A stretch of 63,306 nucleotides of DNA, counting the filler, from Reticulomyxa filosa (taxonomy: Eukaryota; Protista; Foraminifera): assembly GCA_000512085.1 (NCBI GenBank). It is 18 parts of 18 records of this genome, joined end to end, with 100 filler letters (N's around TTAATTAATTAA, not from the genome) between each part and the next. Parts side by side here need not be neighbours in the genome. Positions count along the whole stretch, not along the records: positions 38,176 to 40,512 come from ASPP01037583.1; positions 40,613 to 41,693 come from ASPP01017679.1; positions 41,794 to 50,971 come from ASPP01021443.1; positions 51,072 to 60,853 come from ASPP01007834.1; 14 more parts are not named here. One strand, written 5' to 3'. The position numbers and the translations under genes were made by a program. Below, in pieces: positions 39,569 through 52,262 of this stretch; positions within the stretch are counted from its first letter, which is position 1; each line of letters opens with the position of its first letter. Under the pieces are notes generated by a model. The model was not told the DNA's origin, searched no databases, and worked only from the letters and a program-made list of their open reading frames with translations.

Positions 39569-40490
39569 TTAACCGGTTAATTTTCCAATCATCTTTTTAA
39601 ACAGATCAGGCTGCGAGGCTTCAGTAGCGATTAAAGGTTTTCCTTGATCGGCAATAGGCACCATTTTGTTGTAAATATTGACAACAGTTTGGACATCTTG
39701 ACGTTTCAAGCCTCGAATTTCAGCCACTCGCATCAAGTCTTGCGAGTTTCCTTTTTCAACAACCGATTTAAAAGTCATGGCTAGCATTTCTAAGCTTTCA
39801 TAACGAGCAGCAATAATTTTGAGAACGCCCTCAATTTTGCTTACTTCTCTGTGAATAAAAGATTTGTAATAATTGGGAATTTTTACTGCCAATGAAAGGT
39901 CATCTGCTTTGTGTAAAGTTGGAACATTGGCCAATTCTTTTATGATATCTGAGTTTTCCAAGCCCAATTTAGGTAAATCTAACAATGCCGCCTTAAGCGA
40001 TTGAGTATCAATTTGCAACTGGTGAGCACCTTCCTCATTTATTTTTCTATGATTATCAATATATTATTATTTATTGTTTATTATTATTATTATTATCAAA
40101 AATGATGATTGATAAATAAATATAACTTGTAACAATTACGAAGCAAACCTGCATTTGAAAATGGCAACAGCATATCTGGGAATGATGTGTCGAATGAGTT
40201 GAGAGTTGAAATGGGAATGATAATGAGTGATAACTAGCCAATGGACTAAAGCGACGTCTTTTTGTAAAAACTCTTTGAGTTTGGCGATGAAAATGCTCTG
40301 ATCATCAGTTTTCTGCAAGTCATTCCATCTTCGACAATTGGGTAAGTCGCGATCCAACATTGCTCCAATCTTATTCGCGACATTGTTAATCAACACTTCC
40401 AACGTCTTTGCCGCCGTTTCATCAAACACCTTTTCTTTTAATTCGCTCAAGTCAATTTTATTTTCGTATTCGCTGTTCAATGACTGTCCA
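39569..40490 (-). CDS. VPS53: GARP/EARP subunit VPS53, C-terminal part
   Basis: KIDLS...VF, W..LQKTDDQSIFI, EGAHQLQIDTQSLKAALLDLP and Y..FIHREVSKIEGVLKII parallel Vps53 'GDQS.YV', 'GAEQLLLD..SLK..LL.LP' and 'E..LKV'. Intron at about 40048-40140. Confidence 0.8.
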
Positions 40491-40972
40491 TCAGTTTTTT
40501 TTTTAAAAAAAANNNNNNNNNNNNNNNNNNNNNNNNNNNNNNNNNNNNNNNNNNNNTTAATTAATTAANNNNNNNNNNNNNNNNNNNNNNNNNNNNNNNN
40601 NNNNNNNNNNNNAAAAAAAAAAAGAAAGAAAAACAGTAACATAGAACAAGACCAAGAAGATTAAAAGGGTTACTTACATGTAGAACAAGACACACCCTAG
40701 CTTGAGTACAACCAAAACACAGAATAAATAAATATTTTTTCTCTCGGGCTTTGCTTTGCTGAGTCATCTCTCAAACATTTGAATGTCAATTTTGTTCATA
40801 ATTTTTTTATTTTTTGTTTAAGTATAACAAAATAAGAACACTTTTTTTTTAAATTTTTTTTTTTTTTTTTTTTTTTTGAATTCAATTGATCTTTAAACGC
40901 TTGAAGAGAGAAATTAGAAAAATAAAAAAAGAGAGTGTTTTTTTTTTTGCCTGTGTTTTCTGTCAAGTGATT

Positions 40973-41397
40973 TCAGTCCGCGTTTGCCTCTTCAGACAAA
41001 GTTGGATGTAACTTGAGTCTGTGTCGTTTCAAAGTAGCCTTCCTTTTGAACAGTTGGTCGCACAAATGACACTGGAAGTTCTCGTTCAAATGGATCGACT
41101 TTATATGTCGCTTCAGATTTGTAAAATGACGAAACCTTCGCCCACAGTCATTACATTCGTGGGGTTTCTCTCCTATTCCGTCCCCCCCCCCCCCAACGTA
41201 TCCCAACCAACCCCTTTTTTTTTTTTCCTCCTGTCTTTCTTTCTCTCTCCGTATTTTTGACAACTTGAAAAAATACACCATACACAAACAAAAATCAATC
41301 TATTACATTACCGGTGTGGATTCGTCTGTGTTCAATCAAATGAATTTTTTGGAAAAACGATTTCTCACAACTTTCACATTTAAAGCGCCGATCGTCT
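40973..41397 (-). CDS. C2H2 zinc-finger protein, last exons (3 fingers)
   Basis: FKCESCEKSFFQKIHLIEHRRIHTG (about 41311-41385), then an intron, then EKPHECNDCGRRF...HIKSIH and FQCHLCDQLF...HRLKLH. Confidence 0.9.
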
Positions 41398-41793
41398 AGT
41401 TTATAACAAAATAAAAAAACACACACAACATAAATATGTGTATACCTCCAGCAACACCTATCAGGACATTTTGCTAGCCTTGCCCTTTCCCTTCCCTCCT
41501 CACCTTCTCACCCTCCTTCATTATTTATCCATCTTCATCGTTTAAAAAAAAAAAAAAAAAAAAAGACCTTTTCAAAGAATGTTGTATAACACGAAACAAA
41601 GCCAAACAAAAAAAAAAAAAAAAAAAAAAAAAATTTGGTAGACCAGTCGTCAACCTTGCAACGTATACTTTTTTATTTTTTTTATTTTTTTTTNNNNNNN
41701 NNNNNNNNNNNNNNNNNNNNNNNNNNNNNNNNNNNNNTTAATTAATTAANNNNNNNNNNNNNNNNNNNNNNNNNNNNNNNNNNNNNNNNNNNN

Positions 41794-42972
41794 AATATCG
41801 TTTCCCAAACCCTCCGTGAACAAATGCAACGATGCATCATAGCCGATCACTGATTGTACGTCTTTTCGAGCGATATCCAAAACTTTCATCATTTTGGCTT
41901 TTCATTGCAAAAACAACAATCAAACAAAAAAAAAAAAAAACCGAGTCATTAAAAAGTAAGCCACTCTTTTTTTTTTTTTTTTTTGGCTTCTTCATTTTTC
42001 TTGTAATTACATATCACGAAGATTGCACAAAGCGTATATACACACACAAGCCAATAAACAAATAAATAAAAAGACAAACATGGGTCAGAAATAAAAAAAA
42101 AGTCGCCCTTTCCGCTTGAAGCAATTCGCGTCATTAATTCACGATCGAATGAGGCTCCGACACCAAATGCGGAAGTAATGATGCGCGATTCTTCAAACAT
42201 AAGGCCGACTTGTTTAGTGATTTCATTATGATCTGTCACTCCCACGTTGACCATGCCATCACTAAACAAGAATATACGACGATCGGTCGCACGCTCTTCC
42301 TCGAGAGCCCATGACATCAGCACTCGGTAGCCTTGGTCCACTCCTGCAAATAAATTCGTCGATGCTTCTGCTTCCAATTGGTAGATTTGGCTAATCATCC
42401 AATCTTTATCTTTCAACTTTTTGTTGGTCCACACCACCTTCAAAACATGTTTTTTTGTGTATCCCATTCAATGCTCATGTTGTCCTTGCTCTATATTTTC
42501 CCCCCTCCTTTCCCTCCCTCTACTTTACTTACTTTAGCATTTTCAGAGTAGGTTACCAAATGAACAATATCGTCATTCCTCAAATTTTGGATTATTTGAA
42601 TTATACCTTCTTTTGCTGTTTCTAATGGAGCGCCTATTTAATTTTCATTTTTTTGTTTTGTTTTCAAGAAAAGATGTTCATTTTATTGTTTGTGAAAGGG
42701 GAAAGGTGATTGCACCAACCATGCATTGAGCCACTGGTGTCTAACACAATGGCGAGTTCCAAAGGAAGCATTTCCTTCAAAGTCGTATCTTGGGCCTCTG
42801 GAACAGCAATTTCAAACGACACCGGTAATCTCATTTGTTGGTTGTTTGTTATGTATGACGTCATCGGGGTTGCTGTTACAAGCGGGTCAACAGTAGCTGC
42901 CATTGGAGCCATTGTCCAACTTATTATGAATATTGTTAGCAAGATTGCTACAATTTTCTTCAAAATCTTCAT
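41794..42972 (-). CDS. Secreted von Willebrand factor A domain protein, 3' truncated
   Basis: Signal-peptide-like MKILKKIVAILLTIFIISW; MIDAS motif LAIVLDTSGSM; STNL..G; IFLFSDG; AFGVG..FD..LM..IA..GKG.FFFI. Confidence 0.88.
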
Positions 42973-44143
42973 TATTCTTCTAATTCAAACAAATAAACAA
43001 AGAAAAGAAAGACCTTTCGTTCTTAACAGTTTGAGTTTTTTCCTTCTTTAGAGTCCCTTCAATTTTGCCTAACAACTCACGATTTTTTGTGAAAATAAGT
43101 ACAAAAACACAAATTTGCTAGGAATAGTCCTTTTATTATTATTTTGATCGTTGTCCAAAATTTTTTAATGCGCAGCATACTTGTGGAAATATGAAATATT
43201 AAAATATTAAGAGTTATAATGTTTTAATTATCTATTTTTTCATAAGATCATCAATGCAGCAGATTTCAATACTTTGCCAAACTGTCAAAAAACTCCAAAG
43301 TTTTGAAATTGCAAAATAACAATGTGTAAGTTTTTCAATTTAATAGCATTTCGGCTCTGAAGTAATGCAAAATCGATCATAAGGATGAACTTGTAATTAC
43401 TTACTTCAAAGCTTTTAAATATCAGTATTTCCTTCAAATTAAGATATTAACTTTAAATTTAAAGCTTCAAAGGAAGTGACTGTTCTTTAAAAGCTCAAAG
43501 TTTAAAAGTACTGTATCTTGTAACAAACGAGATTAGATGACGTGTTCTTCTCACAGAAGCAGATTCTTTATTACTTTTTGAATATTTTGTGATGTGAAGA
43601 CAGATTGGTATGGTCTATCTTGCAACTGCGTTATTATCTTATAAATTATATTGAAGGACGACGGAAACAAAAACCACAAAACCTTAATGACAGCAAAGTT
43701 TTGTACATTATGAGGGCACATGGTGCATACAATTGTTATTGTTGGCCGGATTCTTGTTTGTAAATGTTAAAATTTTTCTTACATGAAAAAATACAAATTT
43801 TATTTTTGGAAATTGTATGAAGTCACAATTGATAACTTTCTTTCTTCAGTTGATTCTATTCAAAACTTTAAGAAACATGTGCACCAAATTAACAAAAAAG
43901 AATATATATTTGTGTTGTTTTGGGCATTATTTACTTCACAACTAACAATTCGGTTATATTGTTATCGAGTTTAATTTTCAAAACAAAACAAAGTTAGACT
44001 CGAGAAAGACATAATATTCTGCATTCTTACAAGTAGGTTTTAGCTACAACTTTTGATATTTTTTTTAAGTTAACAGCAATATGATACACGCAGCAAAGAA
44101 CGGGAGAGATCACATATTAAAAAAAAGCTACTAATAGATCAAA

Positions 44144-45942
44144 ATGCTCAACACAACAATAGAAGGAGAAGACGCGGATACGGAAAAGAGAAGAAAAGAA
44201 TTAGAAGACTATTTAAAAGAGAATAATGTCCGAAGTAGCGAGAAGTTAGCGAGTACATTTGCGGCCATGGGTGTAGGGATGGATGACTTGTTGAATTGTC
44301 GAGAGAAGGACATAGAAGATCTGTGCAAAGAGGGGAACGTGGCAGTATTGAGCCGAGTGGATTTGCTAAAAGTGCTACGTAACAACGCAAAGTCGCAATT
44401 TTTCAAAGACACACAAGCGAAAAGCCAGCCGCAATTGGTGCTATTGAATCCGGATGAGTTGAACAAAATGAACGAGATCTACGAGCACGCAAAGCAGTTG
44501 GCTGAGCATACCAAGCAATTGCAAGACTACGTAGTGCAATTGGAAGAGAACAGCAAGAAGTCGAAAGAGCGAGCGCAACAAACAGGCGAAAAATGGAAAG
44601 AAGAAATTGACGTATTTATCAAACAAACGATTGATTCGGTTGATAACGAACAACAAAAAAAAAAACATTGTTAATGAAACAAATTGAAACAATGAATCTC
44701 AACGAACAAAATTTCAAAAAAGTCACCGATCAAATGTCCCAATTGATGAATGATACCTCTATTGATATCCATCAGCGCCGATCTGCGCTTTCCACTTTCT
44801 TACAAAATGTTACGCTCGTGTCGTTCTTGCCGTCTCGTTCATTTGCTTTCCATGCTAACAATAACTTACTCATTCGGAAAAATTCCTCGCTCCTTCCTGT
44901 ATTTTTGTCCTCTCTTTTTCTTTTTGTACAAGCAAGCAAAAAATACGTATACTCACAAAAAAAAATATTACAATTTACTTGTGTACATGCTTTTTATGCA
45001 CGTAGGAATTGGCGAAGATGATGAATGTGATTTGTGGCAGTGTTGCCATAGAACTGAAAGAAGTATGTGTATCTAAAGGTCCCACTTCAGTGTTGTGGTT
45101 GAAATGGAAAGAGCCATGGGAAATCGAAGAAGACGAAAAGAATGAACGAGTGTACGAAATTCAAATGAAAAACAGTAAGTCAACATCGGATGATTGGACA
45201 AAAACAGGAGACATTGATATGAAATCAGTCACGATGGATGACAAGACAAATAATGAAAAGGAAGCTTGTCTGAAAATGGAACAATCTTTTGTTGAACGCG
45301 ATAAATATCAATTTCGAATACGTATACACCATTCTCCTCAAATGTTGTCAGATTACTCCAACGTTGTTGGAATTTCATTCCTTTCAGTTCCTTTTTTTAT
45401 CTTTTTCAAAAAAAAAAATAAATATTAAATTGCAAATATCATACACGAACAGTTTTTTTTAATTTGCTAATTCCACAGGAATTGTATCAAATCCCAATTT
45501 CAGTGGCAAAATACAGAAAATTTCATTTATCGTACAGCCCAGAAAACTTGTGTAAGCAAGATGATTCGGTTTATAGAAGTGCTCTTAACAACGAGTTTAA
45601 TGGAAATGAGCCGGATTGGATTGTGTTTGAGATCAGTGGTGACACAAAAATTCTACATTTGACACATGTGTACATTCGATGTAGAGGTGATACGCAGGGA
45701 GTGAAAGAAATGAAAGTGGAGTGGAGTGAGAAGAACAACGACAACGAATGGCTTGCATGCCAACCCAATCCCATCAATGTGCAACAATCACGCGAAATGC
45801 AAATGATTGAATTAACCTGCAAGGCCACTCCCAATGGCATCAAATTTATCAAAATCTCTTTTCTTAACAATTGGGGACAAACTGGAGCAAGTTCCTTCGT
45901 TACGTGGTACATGAGGTGAAATTTTTTGGTGTAAAGAGGTAA
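44144..45942 (+). CDS. SAM-like + coiled coil + FN3-like + discoidin/galactose-binding-like protein
   Basis: LEDYLKEN...F...GVGMDDLLNCREKDIEDLC.....LSRVDLLKVL (SAM-like); about 130 aa of heptads; LKWKEP...YEIQ...W...KYQFRIR...SDYSNVV (FN3-like); YSPENL...DWIVF...VKEMKVEWS...W...KFIKISFLNNWG...EVKFFG (discoidin/DOC-like). Two introns and two single-base frameshifts. Confidence 0.6.
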
Positions 45943-47118
45943 TGAACAAGAAAAAAAGAAAGGATAAAATATGATCACTGGAAAATAATTACAGTTTTCC
46001 TCTTAAAAAAAGCAAATAAAAAGTTACAAAATAACGTCAAGGAATATCGAATAAAACAAAACCAAATGAAAAGTAGTATTTTTCCGTGGGCACTGTAAAT
46101 GGTTTTGGAAAGAAAAGGGACTGATTGCATCTTCAGCGTTATTAGATGCTTCTTTGTAATGAAGAATACTTTTACTAAGTCCCTGTTTTGTGTTCTCTTT
46201 TTTTTATCACTCTTTGTTTTTAATAGATGCTGTTTATTTGATATTTCAATCGCCATTGCTACTGTATTAGAATTTTAATTTGCTCTATTTGATTGTTACT
46301 TGAGCATATTGTGCTCAATTGTTCTGCCTATGGTGAAACTTTTGCTTATTCCCTTTCAGATTGTGCTTATTTGTTACATAAGACAAATTTGATTAGCAAC
46401 AACTTCGAAGCCAAACACGTCCATGTTAAATTTTTGACTCTTTCAAACTGATTCGAGCAAAAGAAACAAATCATGTAAAGAAAAGTCGAAGTTTTGATAA
46501 ATATTTATAATTATTTACTTGACAATTTTTTTTAAAAAAATCGTAACTTCGAGATCGTAGGTGAAACAATTCGATTGTTGGGTGTATATTTAGAAGAATG
46601 TCCGTATTATATATGATTCATGAGATTTTACTGATAGAACAACACGATTGTAGAATGTAATTCAGTAAAGAAAATAAAAAATTGATATGTCATTCGGACA
46701 GTCATCTAATGTATAATATTCGTTTGTGACTTTATTATTACTTATGATCGAAAATATAAAAATTTGTTGAAAGTGTTGACTGACACAAAGTGTAATACGA
46801 AAAGATATTGTTGTCTAAATGACTTTTCAATAAAAATAATTTAATTAAATCAAGAAAATAAATTACAACATTAACACAAGAAGAGATAAAATGATGGAAA
46901 AAGAGAAGTTGTATATAAGTTTTGTGAACGTATATTTAGTGCTCACTTGAATGTTGACATTAAACTTTCACTACATATTTATATTTGGAAAATTTTCACT
47001 ATATTCTGTATTTGTTGCGTATTGTCAGATCTAAAAAAATCCAAATATAAGATGTTGAATTAGTGAACTAGTTTAAATATTGAAATGACGTTCAAATTTT
47101 GTGAAAATATGAAATATA

Positions 47119-49240
47119 CAGCAGAATGCAAATTAAAGTTTAAACTTAAAACGGCACCTTATATAGATGATTGGTTTTCTTCATGAAAAAACAACATTCA
47201 GACATAATTTTTTAAAAAAATATCTACAAATAGTGTAGTTTAAATATCATTTTGATTTTTTATTAAATCTTTACTAATTATTTCAATATTTTATCATTTA
47301 TTTTTCTTTTCTTTTTGTTTAGCTCAGTATAGTTCAACATTTGAGTTTTTTAATCATTTTTATTTTTTTTGAAAATGACTAAATGAGTTTAGAATTTTAA
47401 CAGATTGCGTGCTGTTGCGTCATTGCTGGAGTTTGCGCAAAGTTGTAAAAAAATTTCGTGTAAGTCATGAATATGCGTAAATTGAAGCTGACGTTAAATA
47501 CTGAAAAACCTATTAAAAAGAAACCAAGAAAATTACTTTAGTCAAAAGTACCATAACGAATTTCGTGTGATCTTGCTTTGGAATGTTATGACCTAGTTAT
47601 GCAAGTAAAATTGATAGATGCGTAAATGTAGATATTTACAAAGAAATTATATGAGATAAAATGCTCAAAAGCATTTATTGACATTTATAAGATATGAATA
47701 TTGTATATTTCAGCAAGGTAATGCAAAAATATACAATAATAGACCATTCAGATCAAAGAAGAAATTTGAAATTAGATTGTGAAAAAATGGATAAAGAAAC
47801 ATGCACAAACTTAACAAAATCAATACCAAAGCGAATGCTAGCAGTATAGAATGCAAAAGGGATTTAAACAAATGTTAATTTTCACTAAAAAAAATATTAC
47901 TACAAAAAAAAATTTCGGTTCTTATCTTTTGAACTAACTTGACTTGTTTGGCATTAGACAAAAAAAGATAAAAAAACAAATGATAGTTTGAGACAAAGAA
48001 AAAGGTAGCCAAAACTATCATGCCTTTACAATGCACAACTTTAAAAATAAAAATATGCAAAAAAAATTATTTTGATAACAAAAAAATGAGTTTTCTCAAA
48101 AACTACGCAACGTAGAAGACTAATCTTTTTTTTAGAAAGTGCTATATGAGTATATATTTTTTAAAAAAATATACTTATATGCTCAGTAGTTTAAAACTCA
48201 ATTTTTTTTATAAAAAAATTTTTGCAGAATTTAATGTTATTTTCAAAGTTTGTACATTGTGAAAGCAATATGTTTTGACACTATTTGCTTTGTCTCTACT
48301 AATCATTCGCTTTTTTGCATTTTTGTCTAATGCAAACAAGTTAAGTTAATTCAAAATCTTAAAAACTGAAAATTTTTTTTGTAGTAAGATTTTAGTGAAA
48401 ATTATAATTTGATTAAATCACTTTTTGCTTTGTATAATGTTTGTATTTGCTCTAGCATTGATTTCATTAAGTTGTGTATGTTTTTTCGTCAATTTTTTCA
48501 AATCCTAATTCAAATTATTTACAAAGTTCTTCTTTTGATCTGATTAGTCTGATTTTATATTTTTGATTGTATTTAGGCATTTATTGAAATCAAATACTTT
48601 GGTATAGTTTTGTTCAAGATTCTTTTACTGTAATTGCTTTGTAGCTAGTGCTATTATCTTGCTGAAATATACAATTTTCATTATCTTATAAACACCAACA
48701 ACTGTTTTGAGCATTTTATCACATACAATTTCTTTGTATATCTGCATTGACACCTACATCACTTTTACATTCATACATATGTACTAACACTCCAAAGCAA
48801 TACTAAGTGATTATACTTCAACATCTAAATTTTTATTTTTATATATTGCATTTTCGGTAAGTGTTGCTCCTGGTATCTTCCAAGTATGACACCTTTAATT
48901 AATACATTTTAAATTATTTTGCTTTAATCAGAGAAAAGTACTTACAAACTAAAATGGCACCTTATGAAGATGAGATTTTCCAATACTTTTTCAAAATATC
49001 TATGAATCTTCAAGTATTTTCTACAATATTATTTTATTATTTTTGTAATTTCATTTGGTACTGACCAATTTTGTTTTGTTGTATTTTTTAAAATTTCAAA
49101 GAACTCTAATTTTTTAAGTTTTTTGTTATGTCTTTAATATGAAATTTATTTTTTAATTAAAAAAACATTTTAAAAAACTTTAATTTTTCGTATAGAAAAT
49201 TGATGATCTTCATAATGTGCAATTTTCGTGGCTAGTACTT
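47119..49240. mobile_element. Cluster of decayed Tc1/mariner elements including a tail-to-tail inverted pair
   Basis: TA|CAGCAGAATGCAAA...AAAACGGCACCTTAT TIR at 47119. Transposase remnants IFQQGNA (47705) and LTKSIPKRMLAV.NAKG (about 47810-47860) on +, with a mirror copy IFQQDN (about 48652-48670) on -. About 47575-47975 is an inverted repeat of about 48325-48800. Confidence 0.75.
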
Positions 49241-49964
49241 TGTAAATAGCTATATCTACAAACATGGATTACACAAAGTATTTTGAGATTGTGCGGTCAG
49301 TAATTAGCAATTAATAGAGATTGGTTTGGTAATAAAATAATATAACCTTTCCTTTTGGAAAAATTTTTAGTTACAATGAAAAATTTTCAACAAATTATAC
49401 AAACTTCACTTTACTAGTCTTACCAGAAGAAGCAATGAGAAAAAGTGCTCTTAATGTTGAATGTGATGAAGATCGTTCCAGCCCATCGAAATCTAAATTA
49501 ATTGGTGATACTCCCTCTTGTAATTCTTTTTTTTAAAAGAACCACTAACATGAGCACACCAAAAAAAAAGAACAGACACAAATGAGGTGGAAAATATTGT
49601 TGGCGGCTCACAGGGTAAAACGGCACACGGGAAAAAAAAAAGAATATAACAAAAAACCACAGGGAGGAGAGAAAAAACAGCATGGGAAAAAAATACAATT
49701 GAAACTTGATAAAAAAAAATAAAATAATAGGAAAATTAACACAAAAAAAAACCACAAAATAATATTTGGAAAAAACCAAATAAGACCCTTTGCGCTCTAG
49801 CACGATATTGCTGAGTGAACGAAATGTAAAAAAAAAGAAAACAAAAAAAAGGGTTGCTGGAAATACACACAGCATGCAAAAAAAACATAAAAATTGCCAC
49901 CTTACACTTTTGCTAAAGAAAACACAAGGAAAAAAAAAGCTTTGCTTGAAATAGGTTTGACAAT

Positions 49965-50880
49965 TTATCGTTTGTGGAAAACGTTGGACCAAAGTGACTT
50001 CTTTCGTATTTTCTGTTCTTCTTCCTCTTTCAAATTGGAAATGGGCTCGTCACTTCTCTGCTCAGTATGTCCTGGCATTGAGTCAGAAGCGTGTAATTTC
50101 GGAGGCTAAAAAAAAAAAAAAAAATATATATGTAAATAAAAATCCAATGAATGCAATACTCAAAAAAAAAAAAAAAAAATAACTAGAGCCAATTCCAAAC
50201 GAATGGGCACATCTTCGGTATGAAGAATCTTGAAAATATCGGTAAATGCCATTCCAACCACGTCTTTGTGATTGACGGACACAACCATAGAGCCATCGGT
50301 AATGTCGAAGGGGACGGCAGGATTAATATGGCACACGTAAGCATTGACTTCAGTTCGACCGTTTTCATGAGTGCTTTGTGTCTCCTTTCTTGCCAATAAT
50401 TTTGGATCAGGACAAGTGCCATTTTGATCGGCCCAAATCATTTCCAGCCTCGCTTCCGTGTCCACGCTGTCGTCAGTCAAATTGCTGCAGTTGCTGTCAA
50501 CGCTGCAAGGAGTGCCCGTGAGTCGAGGACGGGAGGAAGAAGACAGTCGATGCGACTCCACTCCCAATTCAACCGAAGAAACAGGAGACAAAGAGCTGGT
50601 GGAAAGACGCTGCATTGAATTGATGGTACGACTGGAACAGATTTCAAATCCCAATGGTCGTTTTGTAACATTGATCACATAATTCATTTCTTTTCGAGAC
50701 AATGGGCCTGTCTTTGACTCGGAGGAAGGTTCGCTTTTGCTAGTGAGCAACAGCTCTTTACTTAGCACCGGAGGGCGGTTCGAATTTTTTCTTTCTTCAA
50801 TTGACACCAATATATCTTCCATTCCTTTCATCCCATACTCACGGGATGATTCCACGTAATGGTTGTCTTGTTGCACACGT
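49965..50880 (-). CDS. PDZ-like protein, last exons, 5' truncated
   Basis: YVINVTKRPLGFEI, then an approximately 85-aa Ser-rich insert, then AYVCHIN....ITDGSMVVSVNHKDVVGMAFTDIFKIL...VPIRLEL. The final exon ends SLWSNVFHKR*. Confidence 0.6.
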
Positions 50881-50935
50881 TCTTTTTTTAATAATAATAA
50901 AAAAAAAAAAAACAATAATATAGTAAATAAAAAGA

Positions 50936-50971
<36 letters not shown>

Positions 50972-51098
50972 NNNNNNNNNNNNNNNNNNNNNNNNNNNNN
51001 NNNNNNNNNNNNNNNTTAATTAATTAANNNNNNNNNNNNNNNNNNNNNNNNNNNNNNNNNNNNNNNNNNNNTTTAAAAAAAAAAAAAAAATCCTAAAG

Positions 51099-51943
51099 GG
51101 AATGTTCTTGTCTTGGCACGACGGTCCATTGGAAAAAGTGAGGACTTTGAACTCGTTCAAGTAGTGAGCACTGGTCATTCATCCGCAATAACTGGGATAT
51201 GTACCTATGACCATGACACAATTGTAGTTTGTTCGAATGGTTCCAACAAATATGTGTTGGCATGTCAATTGAAATCGTTGGTTCACTCGCCAAAGGACCT
51301 GACTTTTTCGTCGTGTCTTCGTGCCAACGGCGATGACGACAGAGCCACTGGGGTACTGTCAACCAAATATGGGCTGTTCGTGGTCTCCAAAAAGCTGCAG
51401 TTATACCAGGTCAAAGTCATCTCAGATGACTACAAGAACGATATTATTTTGGACGTCGATCGTAAGTTTAACGTCAAAACTTCCTCAAAAAAAGACTCCA
51501 TTGCGTCCACCGATGTGTTGATGAATGGCGATTACATCATTTGCTCGAAATACAATGGTTAAGAATATATCCTTTGTAATTTTATTTATTTATTTCCCGC
51601 TTTAAACAATAAATGTATATCTAACTTCATATTATATACATATATATGCATATGTAATGATTTGATGGTTACGATATACACAGAAACTGATCAAACACCT
51701 TGTAATTATTTTCAAGTTTATTATTACGACACGGAAAAAAAGAAGTGGCAGTGCAAGGAGCATCAACCAATGGGTAACAGTGAAATCGCTCGTGCAGTGC
51801 TCATTCCTCCTTTGGACAACTCAACCAAGCCAGAATACGTTGCTATTTGCCATCAAAAGTACTTACTACAATCACAACGAAGCAAGCTCTCGGTTAAAAA
51901 ACCTCAACCGTGCAAAATGGCTTTACTGTCTCTCAAACTATGA
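51099..51943 (+). CDS. Beta-propeller (WD40-like) protein, last exons
   Basis: STGHSSAITGICTYD..IVVCS and a repeated short beta-strand pattern; intron at about 51558-51682. Confidence 0.45.
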
Positions 51944-52262
51944 CAATTCAAAAAAATGTCATTTGTAGTGTGATTAGTATTTTTTCGTTCAATTATGTGC
52001 TTTATTTTTATTTTTAATTTTGCTTTGTGTTTTTTTTTGTTTTGTTTAAGTTTGGGAGATATTGTTTTGTTGTGTGTTTCGTTTTTTTGTTGGATGTAAC
52101 GCATTTTTTTTTCTCTTAATGAGGTCAAAGCCTTTACATTGGAATAATGGTCGTAGTACGAAAAAATATATTAAATTCGTTTTACGCACTTTTTTTTTTT
52201 AAATAAAAAAAGTACGTTGGAATAACCCTTTTCAATTTTTTTGGTCTGGAAAAGCTACAATA

